Assembly: GCA_030041035.1 (NCBI GenBank)
Contig: JASHOO010000242.1
Span: forward strand, 1-56,861
Direction of reading: 5' to 3'
Length of the DNA stretch: 56,861 nucleotides
From: Bryobacteraceae bacterium
GTDB lineage: Bacteria; Acidobacteriota; Terriglobia; Bryobacterales; Bryobacteraceae
Shown here in pieces: positions 18,222-27,651 of this stretch. The stretch's first letter is position 1, and each line of letters opens with the position of its first letter. A program made the translations under genes and the position numbers. A model generated the notes under the pieces. That model was not told the origin of the DNA. It searched no databases and saw only the letters and a program-made list of their open reading frames with translations.

Positions 18222-19175
18222 TCATTCGAGGGGAGCATAATAGCCCCGGCGCCAGGAGGCATGGACCTCCGGTTGGTTCACTTGCACACGGACGTGCCGG
18301 TACCGCCCGTCGTTCTGCGCGTTGGTAGAGTAATAACCCAAGACATATTGGCCCCTCACATCGCGGCTCAGCTTCTCCATAGCATCGGGAAGATCTGCCA
18401 TCCGATGCACCTGGATCATTCTGCCACCCGACTCCTCGGAGATCCGCTCGAGGAACCGCGACCCTTGCAGCAGGCCGAGGCAGTAAACCCGCACATCAGC
18501 TTCCCGCACCAGATTTCGGATTTCGCCAGCCGTGTAGCGGCTGTTGTTATCGCCGCCATCCGATAGAATCAGCAGCGCGCGGCGTGGGTTCTTCGACACC
18601 TTCATCTTCTGGATGCCGAGGTAGATCGCGTCGTAAAGTGCGGTCCAGCCCTGAGCCTGGGTCGCGTGCAGCGCGCCGGAGATCGTCTGGGTGTCGGCGG
18701 TGAAGCCCGTCAGAAGGTACGGTAATGTACTGAATTTGACAACCAGGAATTCATCGCCGGGCAGATCCGTCTGAAAAAATTGATCCACCGCTGCCACCGA
18801 CGTCTCGATCTTGTTACGCATGCTGCCGCTGGCATCGAAGATGATCCCTACCGAGGCCGGCGCCTCTTCCATCGACAAGTACGCAACCTTCTGCTCCACG
18901 TTATCTTCGAAGAGCTGAAAGCTTTCCTTCCGCAGGCCTCGCACCGGCCGGTCCAGTCGGTCGGTTACCGTTACCGGTATTTGAACCACTTGGATGTCCA
19001 GGCGGATGCTGCGCGAGCCGGATCGGCTTTGGTCGGTCTTGGACGGCGCCGAGCGAGAGACCGAAGCCCGCGTCCCGTCTAAGTCCAGCGGACCGTCCGC
19101 CGCGGACAGGATGCCCGCAGATGCGGTCAGAAATGTCGCGGCCAGGGCAAAAGCTCGAAATGAAGGAAACTCCAT
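18222..19175 (-). CDS. VWA domain-containing secreted protein (acidobacterial VWFA-related type)
   Basis: ATG at 19175 is preceded by GGAGGG and followed by a signal peptide MEFPSFRAFALAATFLTASAGILSA. The MIDAS-like segment is IIFDASGSM, and the tail ...YVLGYYSTN...WRRGYYAP is typical of this family. Confidence 0.8.
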   Translation of the reverse strand: MEFPSFRAFALAATFLTASAGILSAADGPLDLDGTRASVSRSAPSKTDQSRSGSRSIRLDIQVVQIPVTVTDRLDRPVRGLRKESFQLFEDNVEQKVAYLSMEEAPASVGIIFDASGSMRNKIETSVAAVDQFFQTDLPGDEFLVVKFSTLPYLLTGFTADTQTISGALHATQAQGWTALYDAIYLGIQKMKVSKNPRRALLILSDGGDNNSRYTAGEIRNLVREADVRVYCLGLLQGSRFLERISEESGGRMIQVHRMADLPDAMEKLSRDVRGQYVLGYYSTNAQNDGRYRHVRVQVNQPEVHASWRRGYYAPLE

Positions 19176-19275
19176 AGGCCCCCTCCTTGCAAGTCGAGAA
19201 ACGCTAGTATAAAACCGTCCGGCTCGAATTGGTAGTGGGAAACTACCTGGGCGGGATGGCATCCAAAGTGTTGGG

Positions 19276-20043
19276 ATGTTCGCTGTGCGGGCAATCCTGA
19301 TCGCCGCCGCTCTGAGCCTTCCGCTGTGCGCGGCGGACCCGTGCTCCACAGCGTCGTTCGCCGGCTCTTATGGGCTTCGCCTGGCGGGCACGAGCACCAT
19401 TTCCGGCAGCCCCGCGCCGTTCGCTAACCTTTCCCGTCTTGTGTTTGACGGGGAGGGCGGCATCACTGGTTATTCCTCCGTCAACTTCAACGGCCTGCTG
19501 CTCGGGAATCCAGTCACGGGAACTTACCAGGTAAGCCGGGATTGCAGCATCTCCTGGAGCCTTCAGGACGATTCCGGCGCCTTCCAGCATTTTGCCGGTG
19601 CCGTACTTCCGAATGGGGGCCGAGTGGATCTTCGCCAGACTGATTCCCATATCGATGCCCACGGGGCCATGTTGCGGACCTCACCCGCATGTGCGGCCTC
19701 CGATGTGAGTCCCAGTTACTCACTCGTGCTTTCGGGGGATGCCACGCCGCTGGCTGGCGGCGATGTTCCGCCCACGATCTCCGCCCACGGCGTGCTGCAC
19801 ATTGCCGGCGTCAGCAGCGCAACGTTGGTTCAAACCTTCGAGGGAACCGAGGTTCCGGCGGACGGAACCTGGTCGGTGGAATCCGATTGCACGTTTCACT
19901 TCGAGTTTGCGTTGCCTGTCAAAACCGGCAAGACACCCGTCGCCATGGCGCTACGCGGCATCCTGGTCAACGGAGGCCGCCAGATTCTCGCCATCCAGAC
20001 CAATCCCGCCACGGTGGTGTCCGCCGGATTCACAGCAAACTGA
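19276..20043 (+). CDS. Secreted hypothetical protein
   Basis: 255 aa with signal peptide MFAVRAILIAAALSLPLCAA and beta-rich composition. No recognisable family. Confidence 0.6.
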   Translation: MFAVRAILIAAALSLPLCAADPCSTASFAGSYGLRLAGTSTISGSPAPFANLSRLVFDGEGGITGYSSVNFNGLLLGNPVTGTYQVSRDCSISWSLQDDSGAFQHFAGAVLPNGGRVDLRQTDSHIDAHGAMLRTSPACAASDVSPSYSLVLSGDATPLAGGDVPPTISAHGVLHIAGVSSATLVQTFEGTEVPADGTWSVESDCTFHFEFALPVKTGKTPVAMALRGILVNGGRQILAIQTNPATVVSAGFTAN

Positions 20044-20052
20044 GGCAAGCTT

Positions 20053-20277
20053 TCACTGCTTGCGCTCGGCGCGCGCCAGTTCTTCCAGAATCGGCTTCAC
20101 CACCGCCTGCGCATCGCCGAATACATGCAGGTAGTCCTGGAACTTGCGGTTCAGCTCGATGGCTTGATCGGGCGTAAGACGCGAGCGAACGATCATGTCG
20201 CGCACGTGCACCGGATGGGGAAGCACGGCATCCTCAGACAATTCTTCCAGCGCCGTTTCCGGGTCGTAATGGTACAT
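20053..20277 (-). CDS. Small hypothetical protein (74 aa)
   Basis: Starts at the internal ATG (MYHYDPETALEEL...) just downstream of the truA stop. The longer track ORF (to 20415) overlaps truA. Confidence 0.4.
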   Translation of the reverse strand: MYHYDPETALEELSEDAVLPHPVHVRDMIVRSRLTPDQAIELNRKFQDYLHVFGDAQAVVKPILEELARAERKQ

Positions 20278-20284
20278 TCCTTGA

Positions 20285-21028
20285 TTATCCGCCGTAATCA
20301 ACGCGCATGAGAAAAAGTCCCTTAGCCGGCGCGGTGGGACCTGCCCGGCGGGCGCAGCCGGGCTCCAGAAACGTTCGCAAGCCGGCCGCGTCCAGGTTTC
20401 CCTTGCCCGCCTCAAGCAGCATGCCCACGATATTGCGCACCATATGCTTCAGGAAACCGCTGCCGGTAACGCAATAGGTCATGCGGTCACCCGCGAACTC
20501 CAGGCGCGAAAAAAAAATCGTCCGTACAGTGGATTCGAGTTCCCGATCGTCGGCGGCGGCCAAGGCGGCGAAATCATGCTGGCCTTCCAGCAGCGGCGCC
20601 AGAGCCATCATCTGCTCTACCTGTAGTGGATACGGATAGTGGTGCACATAGCGCCATTCGTGCGGCGGGCACACTTCGCCGCGAAAAATCCGGTATTCAT
20701 AAGTCTTCGAAACCGCGTGATGGCGCGGATGGAAATCGGGCCCGGCCTCTTCCACCGTCAGCACGCGAATCGCGGGCGGCAATTGCCGGTTTATGGCGCG
20801 TCGCAAGTTCTCCAGCGGAATAGGGTTGGCCAGCGACACCGCTGCCGTCTGGCTCAGGGCGTGCACTCCGGCGTCGGTGCGACCCGATCCCGCCACATGC
20901 ACAGGGCCGCCTTCAATTTCCATGAATACTCTTTCCAGCGTGCCTTGAATAGTCTCGAGCCCAGGCTGCACCTGCCACCCGTGGTAATCCGTCCCATCGT
21001 ATGCGACCGTAAACCTGATGCGCCGCAT
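20285..21028 (-). CDS. truA: tRNA pseudouridine(38-40) synthase
   Basis: MRRIRFTVAYDGTDYHGWQVQPG...AGSGRTDAGVHA (catalytic Asp motif). Confidence 0.9.
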   Translation of the reverse strand: MRRIRFTVAYDGTDYHGWQVQPGLETIQGTLERVFMEIEGGPVHVAGSGRTDAGVHALSQTAAVSLANPIPLENLRRAINRQLPPAIRVLTVEEAGPDFHPRHHAVSKTYEYRIFRGEVCPPHEWRYVHHYPYPLQVEQMMALAPLLEGQHDFAALAAADDRELESTVRTIFFSRLEFAGDRMTYCVTGSGFLKHMVRNIVGMLLEAGKGNLDAAGLRTFLEPGCARRAGPTAPAKGLFLMRVDYGG

Positions 21029-21043
21029 TTCCTGCGCGGCCGC

Positions 21044-21643
21044 TCAAACCGACCGCGAACCGGGCTTGACCACGGGAATGCCTTGCGCGCAGAGCGGGCA
21101 GCTCTCCGGCTGGTAAGCAGTCACCTGCAAGGTTTCGAGCGCTACACGCGGCACGCCAACCTCCGCCGCTCCTCCGCTCCGGTCGATGATCGAGCCTGCC
21201 GCCAGTACGTTTGTACCCCGCTCCCGCAAAGCGTCCACTACTTCGCGCGTGCTTCCGCCTGTCGTGATCACATCTTCCACCACCACGGCGGTATCGCCCC
21301 GGCCCACCTCGAACCCGCGCCGCAAAGTCATCTTCCCGCCTTCACGTTCCGCGAAGATGAACCGCACGTGCAACGCGCGCGCCACTTCATGCCCGATGAT
21401 CAGCCCCCCGATCGCCGGCGAAGCCACGACACTGATTCCCGTAGGCCATACGATTTTCTCCAGCCTCTGCGCCAGCATCCGCCCCAGTTCCTCGGCATGC
21501 CGCGGATGCTGCAGCACCAGCGCGCACTGCAAGTACTCCGGACTGTGCAGACCGCTCGTTAGCCGGAAGTGTCCACCGAGGTATGCGCCCGTAGCCCGGA
21601 ACAAATCGAGAACTCCTGTGGGCGCTTCGGGTTGCGGCTGCAC
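21044..21643 (-). CDS. pyrE: Orotate phosphoribosyltransferase
   Basis: GHFRLTSGLHSPEYLQC..., with the PRPP-binding loop VVVEDVITTGGST. Confidence 0.9.
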   Translation of the reverse strand: MQPQPEAPTGVLDLFRATGAYLGGHFRLTSGLHSPEYLQCALVLQHPRHAEELGRMLAQRLEKIVWPTGISVVASPAIGGLIIGHEVARALHVRFIFAEREGGKMTLRRGFEVGRGDTAVVVEDVITTGGSTREVVDALRERGTNVLAAGSIIDRSGGAAEVGVPRVALETLQVTAYQPESCPLCAQGIPVVKPGSRSV

Positions 21644-21829
21644 AAACGGCTACTATACCATTGAAGGACTGAGGAACCATTCAGTTTCTTTCTTCGTAAT
21701 CTCTCCTTCAGAGCATAGTCATGCATAGTATGCAGACGTGGGTCGCTCTGTTGTGCTGTCTGTTGACCGCCCGGCCGCTGACGTCCGTGTGGCTTGGCTT
21801 TAACCCGATCTGGCAAAGGCCTTAAATAC

Positions 21830-23704
21830 ATGAAACTCTCATTCCGGTTGTGCACTGCGGTGCTCCTCGCCGGCTCCGCAGCCGCCCAGACTGCTGTTCG
21901 CATTGATCCGCAGAAGGGAGGCCTGGGCTGGTTCACTCATCCCTACCAGGTCAGAACGGTTCCGCCCATCAATCTCGCCAACACCACGCGGCTGGAGTCG
22001 CTGGAGCGCGCCGGCAACCTTTACCTGGCGGCACAGGATGTCGTAGCACTCGCCATTGAAAACAATATCGACGTCGAGGTGCAGCGCTATGGTCCGTTGC
22101 TGGCGAGAGAAGTGCTCTTGCGCGCCAAGGCCGGCGGCGCGCTGCGCGACGTGGGCATGGCCGTCGCGCAAGGTCCCCAAAGCGTCAGCTTACAAGGCGT
22201 CAGCGTCGCCAACGTCGGAATCACCACTTCGGGCGGCGGCGTCACCTCGGGCGGCGGTATCGTCACCCAGCTCGGACCGCCCATCCCCGTCCTCGATCCC
22301 AGCTTCAGCGTTCTGACGTATTTCCAACACCTGACCAGCCCCCAAAGCAATACCATCCTTACCGGAACCACGGCACTTGTCGTTGATACCCGCACTTACC
22401 AGTACCAATATTCGCAGAACTGGTCGTTCGGCCTCACCGCCCTGGCTACCTACAGCAGCACCCACACCAGCCTGAACAGCCAGGAGTACACGTTGAACCC
22501 TTTCGTCTCGGGCGACATGGATTTGCAGTTAACGCAAAACCTCCTGTACGGCTTCGGAGCGGCGGTAAACGCCCGCAACATACGCGTTCAGAAAAACAAC
22601 CTGAAGGTGAGCGACCTGCAATTCAAGCAGCAGGTGATGACCACCGTGGCTGCCGCCCTGAACTTGTATTGGGACCTCGTCAGTTTTGTTGAGGATGAAA
22701 AAGCACGGGAAAAGGAAGTGCAAGCCGCCCAGCAACTCTACGACGACAACAAGAAGCAGGTGGACATCGGAACCCTGGCGGAAATCGAAGTCACCCGCGC
22801 GGAATCTCAGCTTTACACCGCCAAGCAGGACCTGATCGTTTCTCAAACCAATCGGGCCCAGCAGGAAACCCTCCTCAAGAACTACCTGAGCCGCTCCGGC
22901 GTCACCAGTCCTGAGCTGGCCGAAGTGCACATTATCCCGCTCGATCACATCGTCGTGCCTCCGCAGGACGAAAGCCGGTCCGTCGACGCATTGACCGCAG
23001 ATGCATTGAACAACCGGGTGGAAATCGCGCAAAGCCGTCTCAACCTGGAAAGTAAGCAACTGAACCTGGTTGGCATCAAGAATTCGTTGAAACCCACCCT
23101 GCAGTTGTTCGCCGAGCTGACCAACAACGGCTTGGCCGGTTCCTTGAATCCGCTTTTCGCCGGAGAGCCGGGCGTGAACTACTTAGCTGGCGGATACGGC
23201 AACTTGCTCGCCGAGATCGCCCGCCGGAATTTTCCCAACTATTCGGCCGGAATTTCTTTTAGTATCCCGCTGCGCAACCGCGCGGCGCAGTCCGACTACG
23301 TCACCAGCCTCCTCGATATCCGGCAAACCGAACTGGGCCTGCGCAAGAACATCAACCAGGTCCGGGTGGATGTCCAGAACGCGGTCATCGGGTTGCAGCA
23401 GGCGCGCGCCCGCTATGACGCCGCCGTGAAAGCTCGTGTCCTGGCACAACAGACTCTGGACGCCGACCAGAAAAAGCTCGCTCTGGGAGCCGGCACGGCG
23501 TTTCAGGTGATCCAGGATCAGCGCGATCTGGCCAATTCTCAAAGCTCGGAGGTGCAGTCCATGGCCAATTACAGCCACGCGCACATTGCGCTCGATCAGG
23601 CGCTCGGCGACACCCTGGAGGTGAACCGCATCTCGCTGAATGAAGCCTTGGCGGGACGCGTGTCCGCCGCCCCATCCCCATTGCCTGCGGAGGACCAGCG
23701 ATGA
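21830..23704 (+). CDS. TolC-family outer membrane efflux protein (paralog 1)
   Basis: Signal peptide MKLSFRLCTAVLLAGSAAAQ. LYLAAQDVVALAIENNIDVEV and the paired repeat halves (…VDIGTLAEIEVTRAESQ…, …ARARYDAAVKA…) are typical of OEP/TolC. The stop overlaps the next start (ATGA at 23701-23704). Confidence 0.85.
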   Translation: MKLSFRLCTAVLLAGSAAAQTAVRIDPQKGGLGWFTHPYQVRTVPPINLANTTRLESLERAGNLYLAAQDVVALAIENNIDVEVQRYGPLLAREVLLRAKAGGALRDVGMAVAQGPQSVSLQGVSVANVGITTSGGGVTSGGGIVTQLGPPIPVLDPSFSVLTYFQHLTSPQSNTILTGTTALVVDTRTYQYQYSQNWSFGLTALATYSSTHTSLNSQEYTLNPFVSGDMDLQLTQNLLYGFGAAVNARNIRVQKNNLKVSDLQFKQQVMTTVAAALNLYWDLVSFVEDEKAREKEVQAAQQLYDDNKKQVDIGTLAEIEVTRAESQLYTAKQDLIVSQTNRAQQETLLKNYLSRSGVTSPELAEVHIIPLDHIVVPPQDESRSVDALTADALNNRVEIAQSRLNLESKQLNLVGIKNSLKPTLQLFAELTNNGLAGSLNPLFAGEPGVNYLAGGYGNLLAEIARRNFPNYSAGISFSIPLRNRAAQSDYVTSLLDIRQTELGLRKNINQVRVDVQNAVIGLQQARARYDAAVKARVLAQQTLDADQKKLALGAGTAFQVIQDQRDLANSQSSEVQSMANYSHAHIALDQALGDTLEVNRISLNEALAGRVSAAPSPLPAEDQR

Positions 23705-25626
23705 CCCGCTCCACCCGCTCCTGGATCGCTGCCGGCCTATGCTGTTTCTGGCCGGTTTCGCTGCTGTTGGCTCAACAAGATGTCATCGAGCCTGTCCGGC
23801 CCTCCGCGCCCGTTCTCTGGCGGCCTTATCTGGCGCCCGAAGTCCCGCCCGTGCGCCAGAACAACTCGCCGAGGCTGCACGATCTGATTCGCGCCGGCAT
23901 CCTTTACCTGTCGGCGCAAGATGCCATTGCCCTCGCGCTCGAGAATAACATCGATTTGGAAGTCGACCGCTATGCTCCCGTCACCGCGCAATGGAATCTG
24001 GAGCGTGCCCAAGCCGGCGGCTCATTGCCCGGCGTTCCCGCCGGCTCTACCCAGGCCGTCTCCGTGGCCAACGGCCAGGGTGTCACCGGTTCGCAGCAGG
24101 CGGCCGGCGTCAGCCCCACCACCACAACCGCCGCCGCCCGGAGCTCCAGCAATGCCAGCATCGTTCAGATCGGCCCGACCACTCCACAGTTGGATCCCAC
24201 CTTTCAGGAGCAGACCTTCTTCAGCCATCAATCTGCGCCGCAGGCGAATACCATCCAGAGCCTGACCGCGGTCCTGATTCAGGACCGCCGCAATTACAGC
24301 GGGACCCTTCAGGAGGGATTTCTCATCGGCGGCATCGCCCAGGTCAATTACACCAACCACTACCTGAATGAGAACGCCCCTACCGACGTCTTGAACCCTT
24401 CATCGGCTCCCACCCTCGGCATTCAGTATCAGCAGAATTTCTTACAGGGGTTTGGTGTGGCCGTTAACGGCCGCACCATCCGGATCCAGAAGATCAATCT
24501 GCAAACCTCGGACCTCAACTTCCGCACGCAAGTCATCGCTGCAGTTGTGAACGTCTTGAATGCCTACAATTCCTTGCTGGCCGACTACGAAGACATCACA
24601 GCCAAGAAGAGCGCACTCGAAGCCGCGCAGCAATTGTACGCCGACACCAAAAAGCAGGTCGACATCGGTACCCTGGCCGACATCGAACTCACCCGCGCCG
24701 AGTCTCAAGTGGCCAGCAGCCAACAGGACCTGGTGAATTCCCAAACCAGCCTCCAGCAGCATGAATTGCAGCTTAAGAACCTGATCAGCCGGAACGGAAT
24801 TGAGGATCCCCAGCTCACCGGTGCGCGCGTCGTGCCTCTGGATCACATGGCTATTCCGGAGAAGGACCAATTGCCGCCCGTCAATGAGTTGGTGGCGCAG
24901 GCGCTCGCCAATCGAAGCGATCTCGCCGCCGAAAAAGCGAACATCCAGGCCTCCGAGGTTTCCTCTCTGGGAACCAAAAACGCCTTGCTACCTAGCTTGG
25001 TTGGCTTCGTCGACACCACCCAGTCCGGATTGTCCGGGACCCCCAAGACCGTGACCTTTGTTGAGCCCACCGGCAAGTTAGTCGAGACCGCCAACCCCTA
25101 CTTCGTCGGCGGCCTCGGCGATGCCCTCGGCCAGGTCTTCCGCCGCGACTTTCCCACGAATGTGGGCGGCGAGTATTTCGCCATGACCTTACGCAACCGC
25201 CAGGCACAAGGCGATTACGATATCGACCAGCTTCAGCTTCGCCAATCCCAGCTCAACAACGCGAAGGATCTCAAACAGGCACAGGTTGATGTCTGGAATG
25301 CTGTCATCGGCTTACGCCAGGCCCGGGCCCGCTATGACGCCGCCATGCACAACCGGATACTTTCGCAACAACTGCTCGATGCCGAACAGAAAAAGTTTGC
25401 CCTCGGAGCCTCCACTCCTTACAACGTGATTTTGCAGCAGAGGGATCTGGCAGCAGCGCAATCGTCTGAGGTCGCCGCCCTGGCTACGTACACAAACGCA
25501 CGTGTTGGGCTCGATCAGACGCTCGGAGCCACACTCGAAGCCAACCACGTCGCCATCGACGATGCACGCAACGGAAAAGTCGCACAGCCGTCTTCGCTCC
25601 CTCAGGCGTTGCCGAAGCGTCCCTAA
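23701..25626 (+). CDS. TolC-family outer membrane efflux protein (paralog 2)
   Basis: 641 aa with the same architecture as 21830..23704 and long conserved blocks (ILYLSAQDAIALALENNIDLEV, KKQVDIGTLADIELTRAESQ, ARARYDAAMHN). Confidence 0.85.
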   Translation: MTRSTRSWIAAGLCCFWPVSLLLAQQDVIEPVRPSAPVLWRPYLAPEVPPVRQNNSPRLHDLIRAGILYLSAQDAIALALENNIDLEVDRYAPVTAQWNLERAQAGGSLPGVPAGSTQAVSVANGQGVTGSQQAAGVSPTTTTAAARSSSNASIVQIGPTTPQLDPTFQEQTFFSHQSAPQANTIQSLTAVLIQDRRNYSGTLQEGFLIGGIAQVNYTNHYLNENAPTDVLNPSSAPTLGIQYQQNFLQGFGVAVNGRTIRIQKINLQTSDLNFRTQVIAAVVNVLNAYNSLLADYEDITAKKSALEAAQQLYADTKKQVDIGTLADIELTRAESQVASSQQDLVNSQTSLQQHELQLKNLISRNGIEDPQLTGARVVPLDHMAIPEKDQLPPVNELVAQALANRSDLAAEKANIQASEVSSLGTKNALLPSLVGFVDTTQSGLSGTPKTVTFVEPTGKLVETANPYFVGGLGDALGQVFRRDFPTNVGGEYFAMTLRNRQAQGDYDIDQLQLRQSQLNNAKDLKQAQVDVWNAVIGLRQARARYDAAMHNRILSQQLLDAEQKKFALGASTPYNVILQQRDLAAAQSSEVAALATYTNARVGLDQTLGATLEANHVAIDDARNGKVAQPSSLPQALPKRP

Positions 25627-26197
25627 GCACCAAACGCTCCTCTGGCCGCTGTGTTTCACCGATCCACTCGCGCCGGCAGTGTTCCATTCAGGTACATCGG
25701 TGGCCGTAATGGAACAAAATCTTGCCATCAGCGCGCCAATTTTGCCGGTCCAGATTAGCTGCAGGTTCGCATCTACCTGAAAATAAAGCCGGGTTCAATT
25801 TGGTGCGGAGATTGCTCCTCCATTAGGCGTGATACAGAAAATACAGGCTCAAGGTGAGACGATTGCTCCTCGTTGTTCCCCACGCCTAAGCAGTCACCTC
25901 TGTTCCGTTCCCTCGAATACCCTCTAAATCCCCCACAATCGCCCCTTGAGCCTGGATTCTTTCTAAAGCGTCGCGCGTCTTCCGCCGATTCTCGAACTGT
26001 GGAACAAGACACACTCGAAGACCTCGGTTTCTCTCTCGACCTGATGTATCTGGCCAATGGCTTGGGATTCGCCGATGCTCCCGGCCCCACGACTACCCCC
26101 GCTGAACTGGAAGAGCTGGAGGCCATGATGCGAGCCGTCATCACCTCCGCTAACCTGGATTAACGCCCGCTCCACTCAGCCTTCCTGAACAAACCCG

Positions 26198-26226
26198 GGA
26201 ACTTCCCATCTGCCCGCGGTGTCCAA
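26198..26226 (+). promoter_or_regulatory. Candidate ECF-type (autoregulated) promoter: GGAACTT-N16-GTCCAA
   Basis: GGAACTT at 26198-26204, a 16-nt spacer, then GTCCAA at 26221-26226, about 55 nt upstream of the ECF sigma ATG (26282). This matches the general AAC(-35)/GTC(-10) architecture of group IV sigma promoters. Confidence 0.45.
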
Positions 26227-26281
26227 TGGTAGACGGGCGGAGAATGCCCGAGGGTGCTAGAATCTAAACGAAGCTGGGGCC

Positions 26282-26953
26282 ATGGCAAGCTCGGTGCTGG
26301 GCTTGAATTCGGATGGGGAATCGGTCGCTGGGTGCGTGCGTGTGGACTCAGCCGTCCGCCGCGAAGATGATGAGCTCGTCCGCCGACTCCGCGCCGGTGA
26401 CGAATCCGCTTATGAAACCCTGCTCCAACGCTTCCAGCAGCCCGTTTATAACCTGGCTTTTCGCTTGCTAAATGATCCCGGCGATGCCGGCGACGTCGTC
26501 CAGGAAGTCTTCCTCAAGATCTTCCGCAACGTCACCCATTTCCGCCGCCAGAGCAGCTTGAAAACCTGGATCTACCGCATCACCGTCAATGAGGCCCATA
26601 ACCAGCGGCGCTGGTTCTTCCGACACCGCAGCCGCGAGGTCGGGCTGGACGACGAGCCGCAGCAAGTCCGTACACGCAATGTTCCCGATTCTGAGCGGTC
26701 GCCGTTTGATTACACGTTCGACCGCGAGAAGCATGAACTGATCGAAAACGCCCTCGCGCGCATCAACCCGCTGTTCCGCGAAGCCGTGGTGCTCCGCGAC
26801 GTTGAGGACTTGAGCTACGACGAGATTGCTGAGGTGCTGCAAATCTCGCTCGGCACCGTCAAGTCCCGGATTTTGCGCGGGCGTGAAGCTTTGAGGGAGG
26901 AGCTGACCGCACGGCTGGAACCCGAACCCGCCTGGCGGTGGGCTCCCGAGTAA
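26282..26953 (+). CDS. ECF (group IV sigma-70) RNA polymerase sigma factor
   Basis: Region 2 (AYETLLQRFQQPVYNLAFRLLNDPGDAGDVVQEVFLKIF...WIYRITVNEAHNQRR) and region 4 (REAVVLRDVEDLSYDEIAEVLQISLGTVKSRILRGREAL). Confidence 0.9.
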   Translation: MASSVLGLNSDGESVAGCVRVDSAVRREDDELVRRLRAGDESAYETLLQRFQQPVYNLAFRLLNDPGDAGDVVQEVFLKIFRNVTHFRRQSSLKTWIYRITVNEAHNQRRWFFRHRSREVGLDDEPQQVRTRNVPDSERSPFDYTFDREKHELIENALARINPLFREAVVLRDVEDLSYDEIAEVLQISLGTVKSRILRGREALREELTARLEPEPAWRWAPE

Positions 26954-26958
26954 CTGGT

Positions 26959-27639
26959 GTGAATTGCGATAAGGTGCGAAAAAAATTGTCACTGGTCCTG
27001 GGCCGCAGCCTGGGAGCGTTTGACGGCGTATCCGAGCACCTGGCGCAATGCCGGGAATGCTCGGACTACGCGCGCGATATGGCTCTGCTGCATCGAGAGC
27101 TGCGCAGTCTGCCGATGCGGACACCGCCTGCCCGGCTGGTTACCCAGTTGCAAGTGGTTGCCTCCCGCGAGCATCTGCGGCGGATTTCGCGCGGCACGCT
27201 CACCACTCTGGTGCACTTCTGGGCCGCCGAACTCGAGTTTTTCTTCGACAACCTGATGCGGCCCTTTGCCGTTCCTTTCGCCGGCGGTTTGCTCTCCGCG
27301 CTGTTTCTGTTCACCATGCTGGCTCCCGGGTTGCCCACACCGCAGCGGACTCGCAACGATGTCCTGCTCAGCGGTCTCTTCGCCCAGACCCAGGCCACAT
27401 TCAATGCCATTCCGCCCTTCAGCTTCAGCGAGGATGACCTGGTGGTGCAGGTCACGCTCGACAAAGACGGCTCGGTCATCGATTATTCGATTCCCAACAA
27501 CGTCAACGCCAAGCTGCGCAACGATATCGCCAATATGATTCTGTTCACCAATTTCCAGCCGGCCACTGAATTCGGTATGCCCATCGCCGGCAAGGTATTC
27601 GTCTCGTTCCGCCGCGACAAAATCGTGGTGAAGGGCTGA
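26959..27639 (+). CDS. Anti-sigma factor (zf-HC2 type, single TM)
   Basis: The GTG at 26959 gives MNCDKVRKKLSLVL...HLAQCRECSDYARD (an H-x3-C-x2-C zinc-finger motif). A TM segment (FAGGLLSALFLFTMLAP) follows, and the gene sits directly after the sigma gene. The alternative GTG at 26938 overlaps the sigma stop. Confidence 0.75.
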   Translation: MNCDKVRKKLSLVLGRSLGAFDGVSEHLAQCRECSDYARDMALLHRELRSLPMRTPPARLVTQLQVVASREHLRRISRGTLTTLVHFWAAELEFFFDNLMRPFAVPFAGGLLSALFLFTMLAPGLPTPQRTRNDVLLSGLFAQTQATFNAIPPFSFSEDDLVVQVTLDKDGSVIDYSIPNNVNAKLRNDIANMILFTNFQPATEFGMPIAGKVFVSFRRDKIVVKG

Positions 27640-27651
27640 GCCTCCGCCGCG

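Noticed and set aside
25820-25831. The 12-mer ccattaggcgtg occurs both here and at 38128-38139, each near an ECF sigma gene.
   Set aside because: A rough expectation for chance 12-mer matches within about 57 kb on both strands is well above one. Orientation and distance to the two sigma genes also differ, so this is not evidence for a shared site.
25773-26144. 123-aa minus-strand ORF in the TolC/sigma spacer.
   Set aside because: It has a poly-Ser/Arg/Gly-rich sequence with no start context. It is antisense to the only stretch with coding-like codon usage, and that stretch is itself reported only as a low-confidence observation.
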